Positions 37,617-48,278 of a stretch of 64,000 nucleotides of DNA are shown in pieces. The notes under the pieces were generated by a model, which did not search any database, was not told the DNA's origin, and saw only the letters and a list, made by a program, of their open reading frames with translations. Made by a program: the position numbers and the translations under genes. The stretch's first letter is position 1. Each line of letters starts with the position of its first letter. Origin of the DNA: Eremomyces bilateralis CBS 781.70 (Eukaryota). The DNA is taken from NCBI GenBank assembly GCA_010015585.1, contig ML975156.1, one strand, 5' to 3'.

Positions 37617-39098
37617 TCAAAACTTGTACACCAAGCGGCCATTAACTTTGCCTTTCATCATGTCCTCAACCCCTTCGTTGATCTGGCTAATGTCGCGCAA
37701 CTACACGTGTTAGAATTGAATTCTCAAGTTATTAGGCGGTACAACATACTTGGTACACTGGTTTGATACCTGCCGAAGCAGCCAAGGTGAGTGACTTGCT
37801 CAAATCGTCCTTCGTACCCTGGTTCGTAGCTTTGAAACGGTCAACGGTTGTGCACTTTGAAGAGTAAAGCCGTTGGCTATCTTACCAATGAGGGAGAGGT
37901 CGTTCAGGATCATGTTCAAAATGTTAACAGCTACAGGGCCGTTTGGCGCACCAATGGCAATAACCTTTCCATGTTTTGCCGTAATCTTGAAGGCCAGATC
38001 GTAGGCTGGAGCTGCGCCGCTGACCACGACTGTGCAGAGTGTCTTCTCGAACGTGGCTGCGTCACCGGTCATCGAGTTGAAGACCTCCTCAGCTCCCGAG
38101 TCTTTCGCCAGTTGCAGCTTGTCGTTCGCAATATCAACTGTTGGGCCGGTTAAACGTGACGGAATAGCTCTGGAGAAGGATACACATACAAGCGTGGACC
38201 CGGTAGCCCATGGCCTTGGCGTACATGATCGCAAGGTGACCTAGGGAAATATGAGCATGCATGTTCATTATATCAACGGCTAGACATCATTCACCAACAC
38301 CCCCGCTTCCAACGATGTTGAGCAGCGTGCCTCCGGTCTGGAACTGGGAGACCTTCTTCAGGGCACCATATGCTGTTACACCAGCGCACAGAAGCGGTGC
38401 AGCACTAATGCGGAATTCAGTCTCTGGCTCTTTCTGCTCATGTTGAAGGATCCTCAAACCTCTCGTCCGGCAGCCCGTCTGGAATTTTGACCGTAGAAAG
38501 CGGATCCGCGACACAATATTCTGTAAAGCCACCCTGCATACCGTTAAAGCCGACAGCCGTTTTGCCAGAGCAGAATCGATGCTGCCCGCTCAGGCATTCG
38601 CTGCAGTCCACTATCACAGAGTTACAAAGTGTCATAGTTTGGGTAATGGAGGCCACGACGTACGGCAAGTATTGCTCGCTGGCATGAAACCGACTCTGTC
38701 CCCAACGGCAAACCCTCTTACGCCCTCTCCTAGCTCTGCGACCGTGCCGACAGCTAAATGAGACATACATCAGAAGTCTGTGACTCAAGATATGGCCGTC
38801 CCGCAGAGGGGTCGTGGCTTACGTTCGTGACCAGGGCAATACGGGAGGGCTCCGCCGACGTGTCCCTGGATACCGGAAATGTCGGACATGCAGAGCGAGC
38901 AGCAGCTGTTCTTGACCAAGATCTGGTTGGCACCTGGTTTGAGGATTGGCAGATCGTCTCTGATCACGAGAGGTTTGTTGTACTGGGAGATTGTCGTCAG
39001 TAAAGTGCAAGATGTTGCCGTGAGATAAACTCAAGGCGAGAGCAGATGCTACCTACCTCGACTACGGTTGCGCCCCTCATTGTAGTTTTGGTTGCCAT
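37617..39098 (-). CDS. Zinc-dependent medium-chain alcohol dehydrogenase
   Basis: SLCMSD, PGHE, CSECLSG..FC, APLLCAGVTAYGALK, GSGGVG, C-terminal GKVNGRLVYKF; many introns. Confidence 0.9.
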
Positions 39099-39566
39099 TG
39101 TGTTGAGTTGGATCTTTGTGATAGAGAGAGTTTGGGGAAAATTTTGGGATATTTCGGATAATGAGATAGAGTCAAACAAAACCAACAAGACATGAATAGC
39201 TATCAAGGTTTCGGGCAGCTGAATATTCCCTCTAGATATTGTTTTTCTGCCTTGGCTTCCCTATTCTGAGCTAATCGGGGTTTGATGTCGTCTCACAATG
39301 ATCTAGAGCACTTTGACCAGATTTTTAAGGAATTGTGGTAGTGCTGCTTATAATGAGAAGCGCGCTGTCAGACAATGCTCACTTGAATGTGCATTGGGCC
39401 ATCGACTTATGTTCAAATGCTCGAGTTGTAACACCAAAAACTCTATCTCTGCGATTGCAGGGATATGGGATTCTCTAGCAAATCCAAAAGGGGTTACTGC
39501 TTGCTAGTCTTGCGCTAGCGCAATATGGCTCATGGGGCAATCTCTCACGCTTCCCGCAAGGCGGCA

Positions 39567-39584
39567 TGTCATGCTTTCATGACA
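39567..39584. promoter_or_regulatory. Cluster palindrome TGTCA-N8-TGACA (ADH/thiolase divergent promoter)
   Basis: tgtca tgctttca tgaca. Confidence 0.7.
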
Positions 39585-39893
39585 GAAATATGAATTTACT
39601 TACTTTACACTGTAACATGCATGAGGAATGGAGAATGCTACAGTTTTTGTGGGCGAATACATGGAATAGTAAAGCTGAAACAAAAGCCATGTTCATATGC
39701 GCAATGCACCGAGTATCGGGCACTGTGGCAGCTGCAAAATCAATCTCCCTTGCCCTTAAGGTCCCTTCTTTGCGTAGTTCGTCTTGTCACAAACATTTCT
39801 TTTCATTTAAGATTTTTATGTTTTCAAAATTATCTTCAGAAACCGACGTGTTGCTGACTTGCTCAGTTATTTATATCAGCCAGTTCATTAATA

Positions 39894-41804
39894 ATGGCGC
39901 AACCCGCACTAATTCCTGTTATTGTTGGCGTGGGTGATATCAAAAACAAAAAGTTAACAGTTGAGGATGCGATCGAGCCGATGCAACTAATGCGCCTGGC
40001 AACCATACGTGCTCTTGAAGACACCGGTCTCTCATCCGAAGCTTCGAAACAGTTTCTGGCAAGTGTTGACAGTGTCAGTGTCGTTGCAACATGGACTTGG
40101 AACTATCCTGACCTGCCTGCCCTTCTCTCAGAGAAACTGGGAATAAGCCCTTCTCACAAGACTCTGAGTCCTCACGGCGGAAACTATCCAGTAAGTCTTA
40201 TAGATGAAGCTGCGAGACGGGTTTCGTTGGGACAGAGCCAAGCCTGTATTGTAACCGGTGGAGAGGCCTTGGCTTCCGGTGAGTAGCTGGATGTGATTGA
40301 CTTCTCATCTTAAGAAGCACATTCTAAACCTTTGGCGTTATAGTAAATGCATGTGCTGCCGCGAAGAAATCACCTCCGAGATGGACACCAAGCGATCCAA
40401 AAACGAAAAGTGTGTCTACATCTAAACTGCCAGACACCCAGCAGAGTAGGTCTCAAATGCTAAGCTTCAAAGAAATTTGTGTTCCTAATCTCGTATCATA
40501 GCTCCCGGCTCCGTCCACTCCATTGGGCTACCAATCCACATCTATCCATTATACGAAAACGGATTCCGAGCAAAGCGACGCCAAACACCCGAAGAGAATA
40601 ATGCAGAGTCAGCAAACCTGTACGCAGAATTTGCCCAAGTTGCAGAGCAGAATCCCATGGCTTGGAACTATGGACAACCTGCCAAATCAGCAAAAGAGAT
40701 TGGCACTGTCACCAAAAAGAACAGACTGATATGCTCCCCTTGTAAGGCTCAACTATGGCCCTCACAGGTGATTGCCGCTGACTCCAGTCTCAGATCCGCT
40801 ACTTATGAACGCCTTCAACGCTGTCAACCTTGCTGGAGCATGCCTTTTGACCTCCACCAAATTCGCGACAGAGTTTGGTATTTCTGAGGACAAATGGATC
40901 TATCCGCTGGGCGGCGCAGGGGCAGAAGATAGTGAGAACTGTGTGTTGCGTTTACTTCATCCTTGTACACTCTGTGAGGCCAGGGCTAACCACATGGAAT
41001 CAGTTTGGGAGCGTCTCAACTACTACTCTAGCCCCGCTCTCTCAAACGCACTGGATGCGGCATTAAGAGTTTGTAAACTATCAAAGGACGACATTGAAGT
41101 CTTTGACTTCTATTCATGCTTCCCCATAGTTCCTAAACTCGCATGCCATCATCTCAGTTTGCCTATTGCCAATTCTCCTAAGCCGGTAACCTTTCTGGGT
41201 GGACTAACATCGTTCGGTGGTGCTGGTAACAATTACTCTATGCACGTAAGTTACAATCAGCGGACAATCCCAAAGGCATTCCGCATGATATTGACCATAC
41301 AGTGCAGTCTGTGATCGAAATGGCGCGCGAGTTGAGAAAGGGAGCGCGGCAGTACGGCCTCGTATTGGCAAATGGGGGGATACTCACGAAACACAATGTG
41401 CTCTGCCTTTCCCGCAAACCCCGCAAGGATGGCTCTCGTTATCCCGCAACGAACCCTCTAGCACAGTGGAAACTGGAAGCTGTCATTCCACCAATCGCAG
41501 AGCAGGCAGATGGAAAGGCAATACTTGAGGTACGTGATGAGAGTAGTCTGGATCAATACAATGATTCGAATTGACACGCTTCTAGACATATACCGTCGAG
41601 TTCACCAGGGAAGGGAAGCCGACTCGCGGTCATATTGTAGGATTATTGCAGGGTGGACGTCGCTTTGTGGCCCATCATGGGGACGAAGGTACCCTGCAGC
41701 AGCTTGCAAGTCAAACGAAAGAACAAGTTGGAAGGAATGGGTGGGTGAGGGCTGGAGGCAATGGAAAGAATTACTTTGTGTTTGAAGAAGCGGGACGGCT
41801 GTGA
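39894..41804 (+). CDS. Thiolase-like protein (TLP1-type)
   Basis: PVIVGVG, HGGNYP, TGGEALAS, YPLYEN, FDFYSCFPIVPK, GGLTSFGGAGNNYSMH, LANGG; ends EAGRL; multiple introns. Confidence 0.88.
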
Positions 41805-42258
41805 TGAGTTTTCAATGAATACATATTTCATCCGCAAGACCAACTCGTGCTTTATTTGAAAGTTATATAACTACCGCTTTTTCCAGCATTTGCTTCAGTT
41901 ACACAAATCAACGGTTTAAGAGACCATTGGGAAGTTTTGATCTTACCAGGTAAGAGCAAACGGAGAACTAACAAAAAGAATTGGCCACCAAAATTCCGCG
42001 GAGATACGGATGGTCGCGCAGCGTATTGCGTGTTGAGTTAGGTAGCTGGACCAATGCCTGTGTTAACTTATCGATTTCGACATTGAGGTGGAGATGATAA
42101 CCACATTTTCAAACATAAGAGAGCCGTTCATCAGCTGTCGAATACTCCAACTTGTAATTTCTAACCTAATAAACCACCTCAAGGCTAATTCCACAATGAC
42201 TTCGTCCGCTCTTGTTCTGAAGTAGTTAACTAACTTAGCAGTTAGCCGTCAGTTAGTT

Positions 42259-42280
42259 AAGTCCCAGTAAACTGGGACTT
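42259..42280. repeat. 10-bp perfect hairpin between convergent genes
   Basis: aagtcccagt aa actgggactt. Confidence 0.6.
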
Positions 42281-42352
42281 TACTTTTGGCCCATAATACA
42301 ATCGTGGGTCCCTTGATATCAGCAATTCTGTTAGTTCCGGCATAGAAGAACG

Positions 42353-44398
42353 CTACTTCTTTTCGTCCGTGTCCCTGTCTTTGGCTGCCAGGCCCTCTCT
42401 CAGCTTGATGTCAACCTTCTCTGTCATGAGGTGGCCAACTTCGGCAGTTGAAAACGCCGCCAAACAACCAAGGATACCGAAAGTTATGGATACATAGTAA
42501 ACCAGCTTGAACGCATTGATATACGCCATTTTCATGGCAATCAGTCCAGCGTCCACGACTGACTGTGGCAACGTCCGAAGAATTGCGGCGTTTTTCTCTA
42601 CGATTGCTTCGATGGCTTCCGGCAATTCTGCTTGGGACAGACCGGCGCCAAGCAATGCCTTGGCAATGCCAGGTACAAGATTGTGTCCAATTTTGTTCTC
42701 GATGATGGAGGTGTAAATGGTGGTTGCTAAACATCCGCCAATAGAGCGTGCCGTGATGGCCATGGCAGTAGCGATGCCAATATACTCGTGCTTCTGACCC
42801 AGCTGAACCATGGTCGTAGAACATAGCGTTGCGCCTGTGAGGCCCATTCCCAACAAAACGGTAAGCACCGTGCAGCTGATATTTGTATTGATCCCTGTGT
42901 CCATGTTAGCTGAAGAAATTTTACCGCAAGTGAGCTTCAGAACGGGACTGAAAAATCCAAATGCAACTTACCAACATGGGCTTGAGCGCCGCAACAAGCC
43001 GTGAGGAGCATGGCATAAAGCGTGAATTGATACCTTGCAAATTTCCCCCATTTCCTGAATGCCCAACCGCAGATGGGCGAGGCCAGGACACCGCCGGCTC
43101 CAAGAGCTGTACAATACCAGCCGACCTGGATTTGGTCTTTTGCAAACAACTTCTCGACCATCATTGGCCAAAGCAGGATAGTAGAATAGTATAGCATGCC
43201 GGCCAAAGCGGTCGTGAGAAGGACCATTGTGCAACCTCTAATATTTCCCAGGACAACTGGCGGGAACAGTGCATATTCGAGGCTTGCGTGAGCTTCGTAA
43301 AAGCCGAGAGCGACAAGTGTCAAGAATCCAAGAACGATCATGCATATTGGCCCAGCCGATTTCCTAATTCTTGAGTGAGTTTATTTCTCTCGGACTCATA
43401 ATATTCGGATAAAGCGTTACTCACCATGGGAATTCCGATCCCCCAAAGGTAATTCCGAGAAGGAACAGGGTAAGGCCGGCAGCAAAAAGGAATAAGCCAA
43501 TCCAGTCAAGTTCCTTGAACTGCTGAAACTTCGTTTTCCTTTCAGGATTGTAAAACTGATTGATGGGATGGTAAAAGAGTACAATAAGTACCAAGCCGGC
43601 AATATCGAGCGCAAATGGAATCCAGTAACAGTATCTCCAGCTTGCATGAACGACGAGAGATTTGCCTGTGAGCGGCTAGGTAAGAATATTCCATGACATC
43701 TTTGGATGAGATATTACTTACCAATAACCGCAGCAAAGAGTGACGCTGGTGTCAGAGATACTTGGAAAAGACCCAAAGCAAAGGCTCGCTGGCTTCTTGG
43801 CACGACCTCGGCGAGGCACGACCATGCGAGCTGATGCATCGCTGCACCAAACCCGATGAAGATGCTGGCAACGATGATTGTGCTGACCTCGTGCGCGGTT
43901 GCAGCAACGGCGCAGCCTACCGCGCCAATGGTATTGCCAAGCAGGAGGAAGGTCTTTCGACCAAAGATGTCGCCGAGACGTCCGACAAGAGGCGAAAGTA
44001 CGGCCGCTGAGATGATCTGGGCCGTTGCCATCCAGCTGTACGCCGTGGAGGGGCCTGAACTGGGGATGAGCGGAGGAAAAGGAGCTGCGGTGGCAAATAA
44101 GGCTTACCAATATCGTTGTTGATGTCTCCCAAAACGGCGGAAGCAAGTGAGATGACAAAAACATCGCTCAAGTATCCAAACTGAAAGCTCTGGGACATGT
44201 GTTAGAGGGTGAAAAGATTAAAAAAGATGTACTTACCATGCAAGCCAGGAACTTGCTAAGTGTGAACTTGAAATCCCCATCAGGATAATCTTCAACGACC
44301 TCCTCCTTGTCTTCTTCGAGGGAGGATGGAGACCAGTCGCTCTTGGGCTTCATTCCCATCTCTACATGATCCGTTTCCGCTTTATCGTTTGCAGCCAT
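42353..44398 (-). CDS. MFS transporter, Tri12 (trichothecene efflux pump)-like 14-TM family
   Basis: INNDIG, PLVGRLGDIFGRK, AEVVP, IGIA..RSIGG, AFKLVYYVSITFG; multiple introns. Confidence 0.88.
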
Positions 44399-44620
44399 GA
44401 TTACAAGACAAGATCAAGAGTATATTGCTTAAGAGTGAGAGACGGCGACCAAGTGTTCGTCGATAGTGCTTCTTTACCCCAGATTTGATGTACAGCTAGG
44501 TTAAGTACTCCATACGACTCCACACGTTTCGTTTGGCCAAGCGTCTCCTCCTATCGCTTACCCCTCATTTCCCCAGATTTTCATCCAGCAATTTGGGTGG
44601 ATCGGGGTCGAGAGATGGGC

Positions 44621-44638
44621 TGTCAGGTAACAATGACG
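44621..44638. promoter_or_regulatory. Cluster palindrome TGTCA-N8-TGACG (MFS promoter)
   Basis: tgtca ggtaacaa tgacg. Confidence 0.7.
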
Positions 44639-45821
44639 GAAATGATACTTTCGGTTTTGGACCTTTTCCGTTGACCCGCCACATGGACTAAAGTCTTGGA
44701 GTCCAGCCCTACTTGAAGCCACTAACAGCCCCTCTCCTCTCCACAAATCTGGGCATTATCTGGAGTCAAGAGCGCGAATACAGCGATCGAGTAGCATTAC
44801 CTTCAGTGATGGAGACGAAAGTCTCACCGGTGACCGGTCTTTAGTGACATGCACAGACGATGACCCTTTCCACGTATCGCCTTACCGGTTAGAGTAGTGC
44901 GGAGGTATGACCATGTGGGGGATTCATAGTTTTGGGCTAGTTTAACTGTTTAATGTCCTTTTGCGTGCGGCTAGGCCGCGTGAACAGTAACATGATTAAG
45001 GGGATGAAGAGTGCAGCTCCTGATTTTCAAAAAACAGCCTCAGATCCAACATGCTATCCCTGACATGGCCCACTTAATTTATTCCATTTTAGCGCCGGAT
45101 GGCGCTTAATGGCGCACACTTAGCGTACTAGTAAAGCCCAATCACGAGGCGAACTAAAAATTACTCAGCTTTACGGTCTTTACACCCAAACGCAGCTTCG
45201 ATCCCAGGAGCATCGAAGCAATCAATAATCATGTCGTCTCAACGTATTGTCTAATGTCGTCTATACCGCTCCCATCCGCCCCAGTGGCCTCCTCTATCTC
45301 TGATGATACATCCGACGATGAGCTTGCCACCGAATTTATATCAAGAGCTCGATCCGACGCGACATCCGCTGCAGAAGTGGACCCAGACGTACCAGAGTCC
45401 CCATTACAGCCACCTCCAGGCTCTTCCGCTGGATATCTTAATTGCCCAATTGGGCGCCATGGAGAGGCCTCTTATATAGCTATTGATCCGGCTAGTAAGA
45501 GGCCTCTGGGTCAGACTGGAACTCCATTTCAGAAGATGGAGGGATACGTCTCTTATTACCATAATCCGGAGGCGCTGCTTGATCTCCCGATTAGGATTCC
45601 AGGCCCCATTGATCCTACAGACACCCAAAATGTTCTATGTGGAAATCCTAGCTGTATAGGCTGCGGCATTTCCCATAGTGATGGCCAGTACCTAGATCCA
45701 TTGCTTCATAATCGCCGTCCATCATCCTTCAAATAGCTTATCGAGTGATGGGATCTCCCGCTGGTACTCTTCTCGCAGATATTCCATCAGCGCGTACCGA
45801 CACGGTAAAATTAAAAATATC

Positions 45822-47649
45822 ATGGAGTTGCACCGGAAATTTAAGCTTCCTTACCATCGCCTCCGAACTCGCATCCACGGTCGTCCTTTAAGGAAAACTC
45901 TACGAACTTTTGATATTACTGAAGATGATGAAGAGAGACGAATCCTTAAAGCCGTTGATATATACTGCAGCGGTGATTGCAAAAATATCACAGAGTTGCA
46001 CCAACAAATTGAAGTTCCTTACCATCGCCTTCGAGGGCGCATCAACGGTCGTGCCTCCAATAAAACCCCACGAACTACGAACCGAGCCCTTGATAAAACA
46101 CAGGAGGATGCACTTAAACTATGGATTAAGCAGCTTGATGAAGCTGGCCGACCACCAACCAGTGAAATGGTAACAAACTGTGCAAATGCCATCCTCTGTC
46201 GAAGCCATGATCCTGATCCTGAGACGCCCACACCCGCACCAACTGTCTCTAAGATGTGGACCTACCGCTTTCTCAAACGACTTCCTTCTGAATATGAGCG
46301 AGTTCAGCAGAAAACAAAGGATCCAAAGCGTATACAAGCAGAAGATCTTGGGATTGTGCAGAGCTTCTATGACCACTGGAAAGTCATTATTGAGAGCCAT
46401 CGCATACGCCCATGAAATATATACAACATGGATGAGACAGGCTTTGCAATTGGTCAAGGAAAGGTTGAGAAGGTCATTACTGCCTTTCCAGAAAAAAATG
46501 CAGTCCTTGGAAGTGCCATGTCACGCAAACTGGTCACTGTCATTGAGTGTATTTCTGCTGAGGGTAAACCTACCAATCCCTTTCTTGTTCTACCAGGAAA
46601 GAACCATCTTGAAGATTGGTACAAGGATTGTGGGCTTCCAGATAACTGGATAATTCTGGTCTCTCCTAATGGGTACACCAGTGATGAAGGAGGCTTTGAC
46701 TGGGTTCATCATTTTGAGATTAAGACGCGTCCAGCAACCTCCTGGGAATGGAGACTTCTCTTGCTTGACAACCATGGTTCACACCTGACATATGACTTTC
46801 TCAAGTTCTATGAAGATCACCGGACCATTCCCTTTTTCCTCCCTCCACATATGACACATTATCTTCAGCCTTTGGATGGAGTTCCTTACAGCCTTACCTG
46901 GGATACGAGCAAAAGCCTTCACACCACGCGTTTTACGAGCTGGCCGGTCAAAGCGAGGAGTATGGCCAATTAAACCTGATCTTGTGATTAAAGAGTTGGA
47001 GAAAATCTGTGCGGATGAGGGGCCTGAACTTCAGGATTTTAATGGCTCTGAAGCCGAGTCAGAAGAGCCCCAATCTACCTCTTCTTCACAACTTTCCTCA
47101 CCAAAGTCGATTCGAAAACTCCGCCGCAGCATTGAGAAAGTGAAAAAGAACCTTAATGAGCTGGGTACCTTGCTTGAGGAGGCCTCTCCGTCGCTCAACA
47201 AGCGAATAAATAAGGTGTTCAGTGGCAGCCTTGTTCAAGCCGAGCTTGGCGCGCAGCGAGGAGATGATTTGGATCGCTACTTGGAGGCTAGCCACAAGCG
47301 CAAACGAAAAGATACTAGACGGCAGGTGAAAGCAGCAGGTCCTCTTTATGTTAAGGATGCAAATCGCGAGATTGAAGAGCGGAGGGCGAAGGAAATGAAG
47401 ACTGAGTGGGCGCAACGTGAAAAGCGCCGTGCCCTTGATGCGAAGAAGACGCGTGAGGAGCAAGGAAACAGAGAAGCGGACAGAATTATTGGTGATATTG
47501 CTGCTCTGGCTACTGGACAGGAGGAAAATCCTCTTTATTTTGTAGATACTCAAGGCACGTTGCAGTAATTAATCATTTTGTTGCTTTGTATAGTCCATTT
47601 TGCGTCTTTGCGTGGTTTGCGTCTTTGCGTGGTTTGCCCACCCCGGGTA
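45822..47649 (+). mobile_element. Defective pogo/Fot1 (Tc1-mariner superfamily) DDE transposon
   Basis: CENP-B-type HTH, YNMDETGF, TVIECISA, LLLLDNHGSH, PPHMTHYLQPLD; in-frame TGA at 46413-46415 and a frameshift near 46885; right end with a 17-bp tandem repeat and ..GGG|TA; left TIR not found. Confidence 0.9.
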
Positions 47650-47987
47650 GGTGGGTGCGTAGGGCACGGGTAGTTAACTATCTACTTTTGTAGTTATGAG
47701 ATTCTGGTGCTAATCGAATGTGACGGTATGATTACCCGGAATTGGGCTTAGTGCGACCGGGGGCACAGCCAAAGCGGCCATGCCAAGTGGTATGAAAAGC
47801 CTGTAGCGGATGCTGTAAATGGTCAATGTTTGAATAGGCTCCACATGTACATATACGGCGTCCCAATCTGATCTTCACACTAATTAGTGCGTCCACACAG
47901 TTTGCGGAGGCCTGGAGAAATATACGGGGAATCCATGGGATGCTGGCCTCGAGATGCATGGCTTGGCAACCACCACGCGTCGGTGCT

Positions 47988-48005
47988 TGTCATTAAAATC
48001 TGACA
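47988..48005. promoter_or_regulatory. Cluster palindrome TGTCA-N8-TGACA (BVMO promoter)
   Basis: tgtca ttaaaatc tgaca. Confidence 0.7.
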
Positions 48006-48278
48006 ACGAAAAGGAAATATGACAATACCACACCAACTACTCGAATGGGGAATGAGCAGCACAGGTACAATAAGAAACTTTCGATTGTCATGGTTACCTG
48101 GTATTCACATGTAGTTCGCATAGTATGATGGTAAAACGCTGCTGATTGACTACGGGTGAAAGGAGATATAATAATACAGTGTTGTCAGTTTGAGAATATA
48201 CCTTCGAAACCAACAACTCTTGAACAACTTCTTTGCAGTTTAGCCTACTCCACTTCACTTCTCCCCAACGACGCCAAG

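Noticed and set aside
37462..37713. ORF with a poly-His tract
   Set aside because: Produced by the (CAT)11 microsatellite, antisense to the 3' end of the ADH gene.
42225..42285. Hairpin as a Helitron 3' end
   Set aside because: No correctly spaced CTRR terminus or other Helitron evidence.
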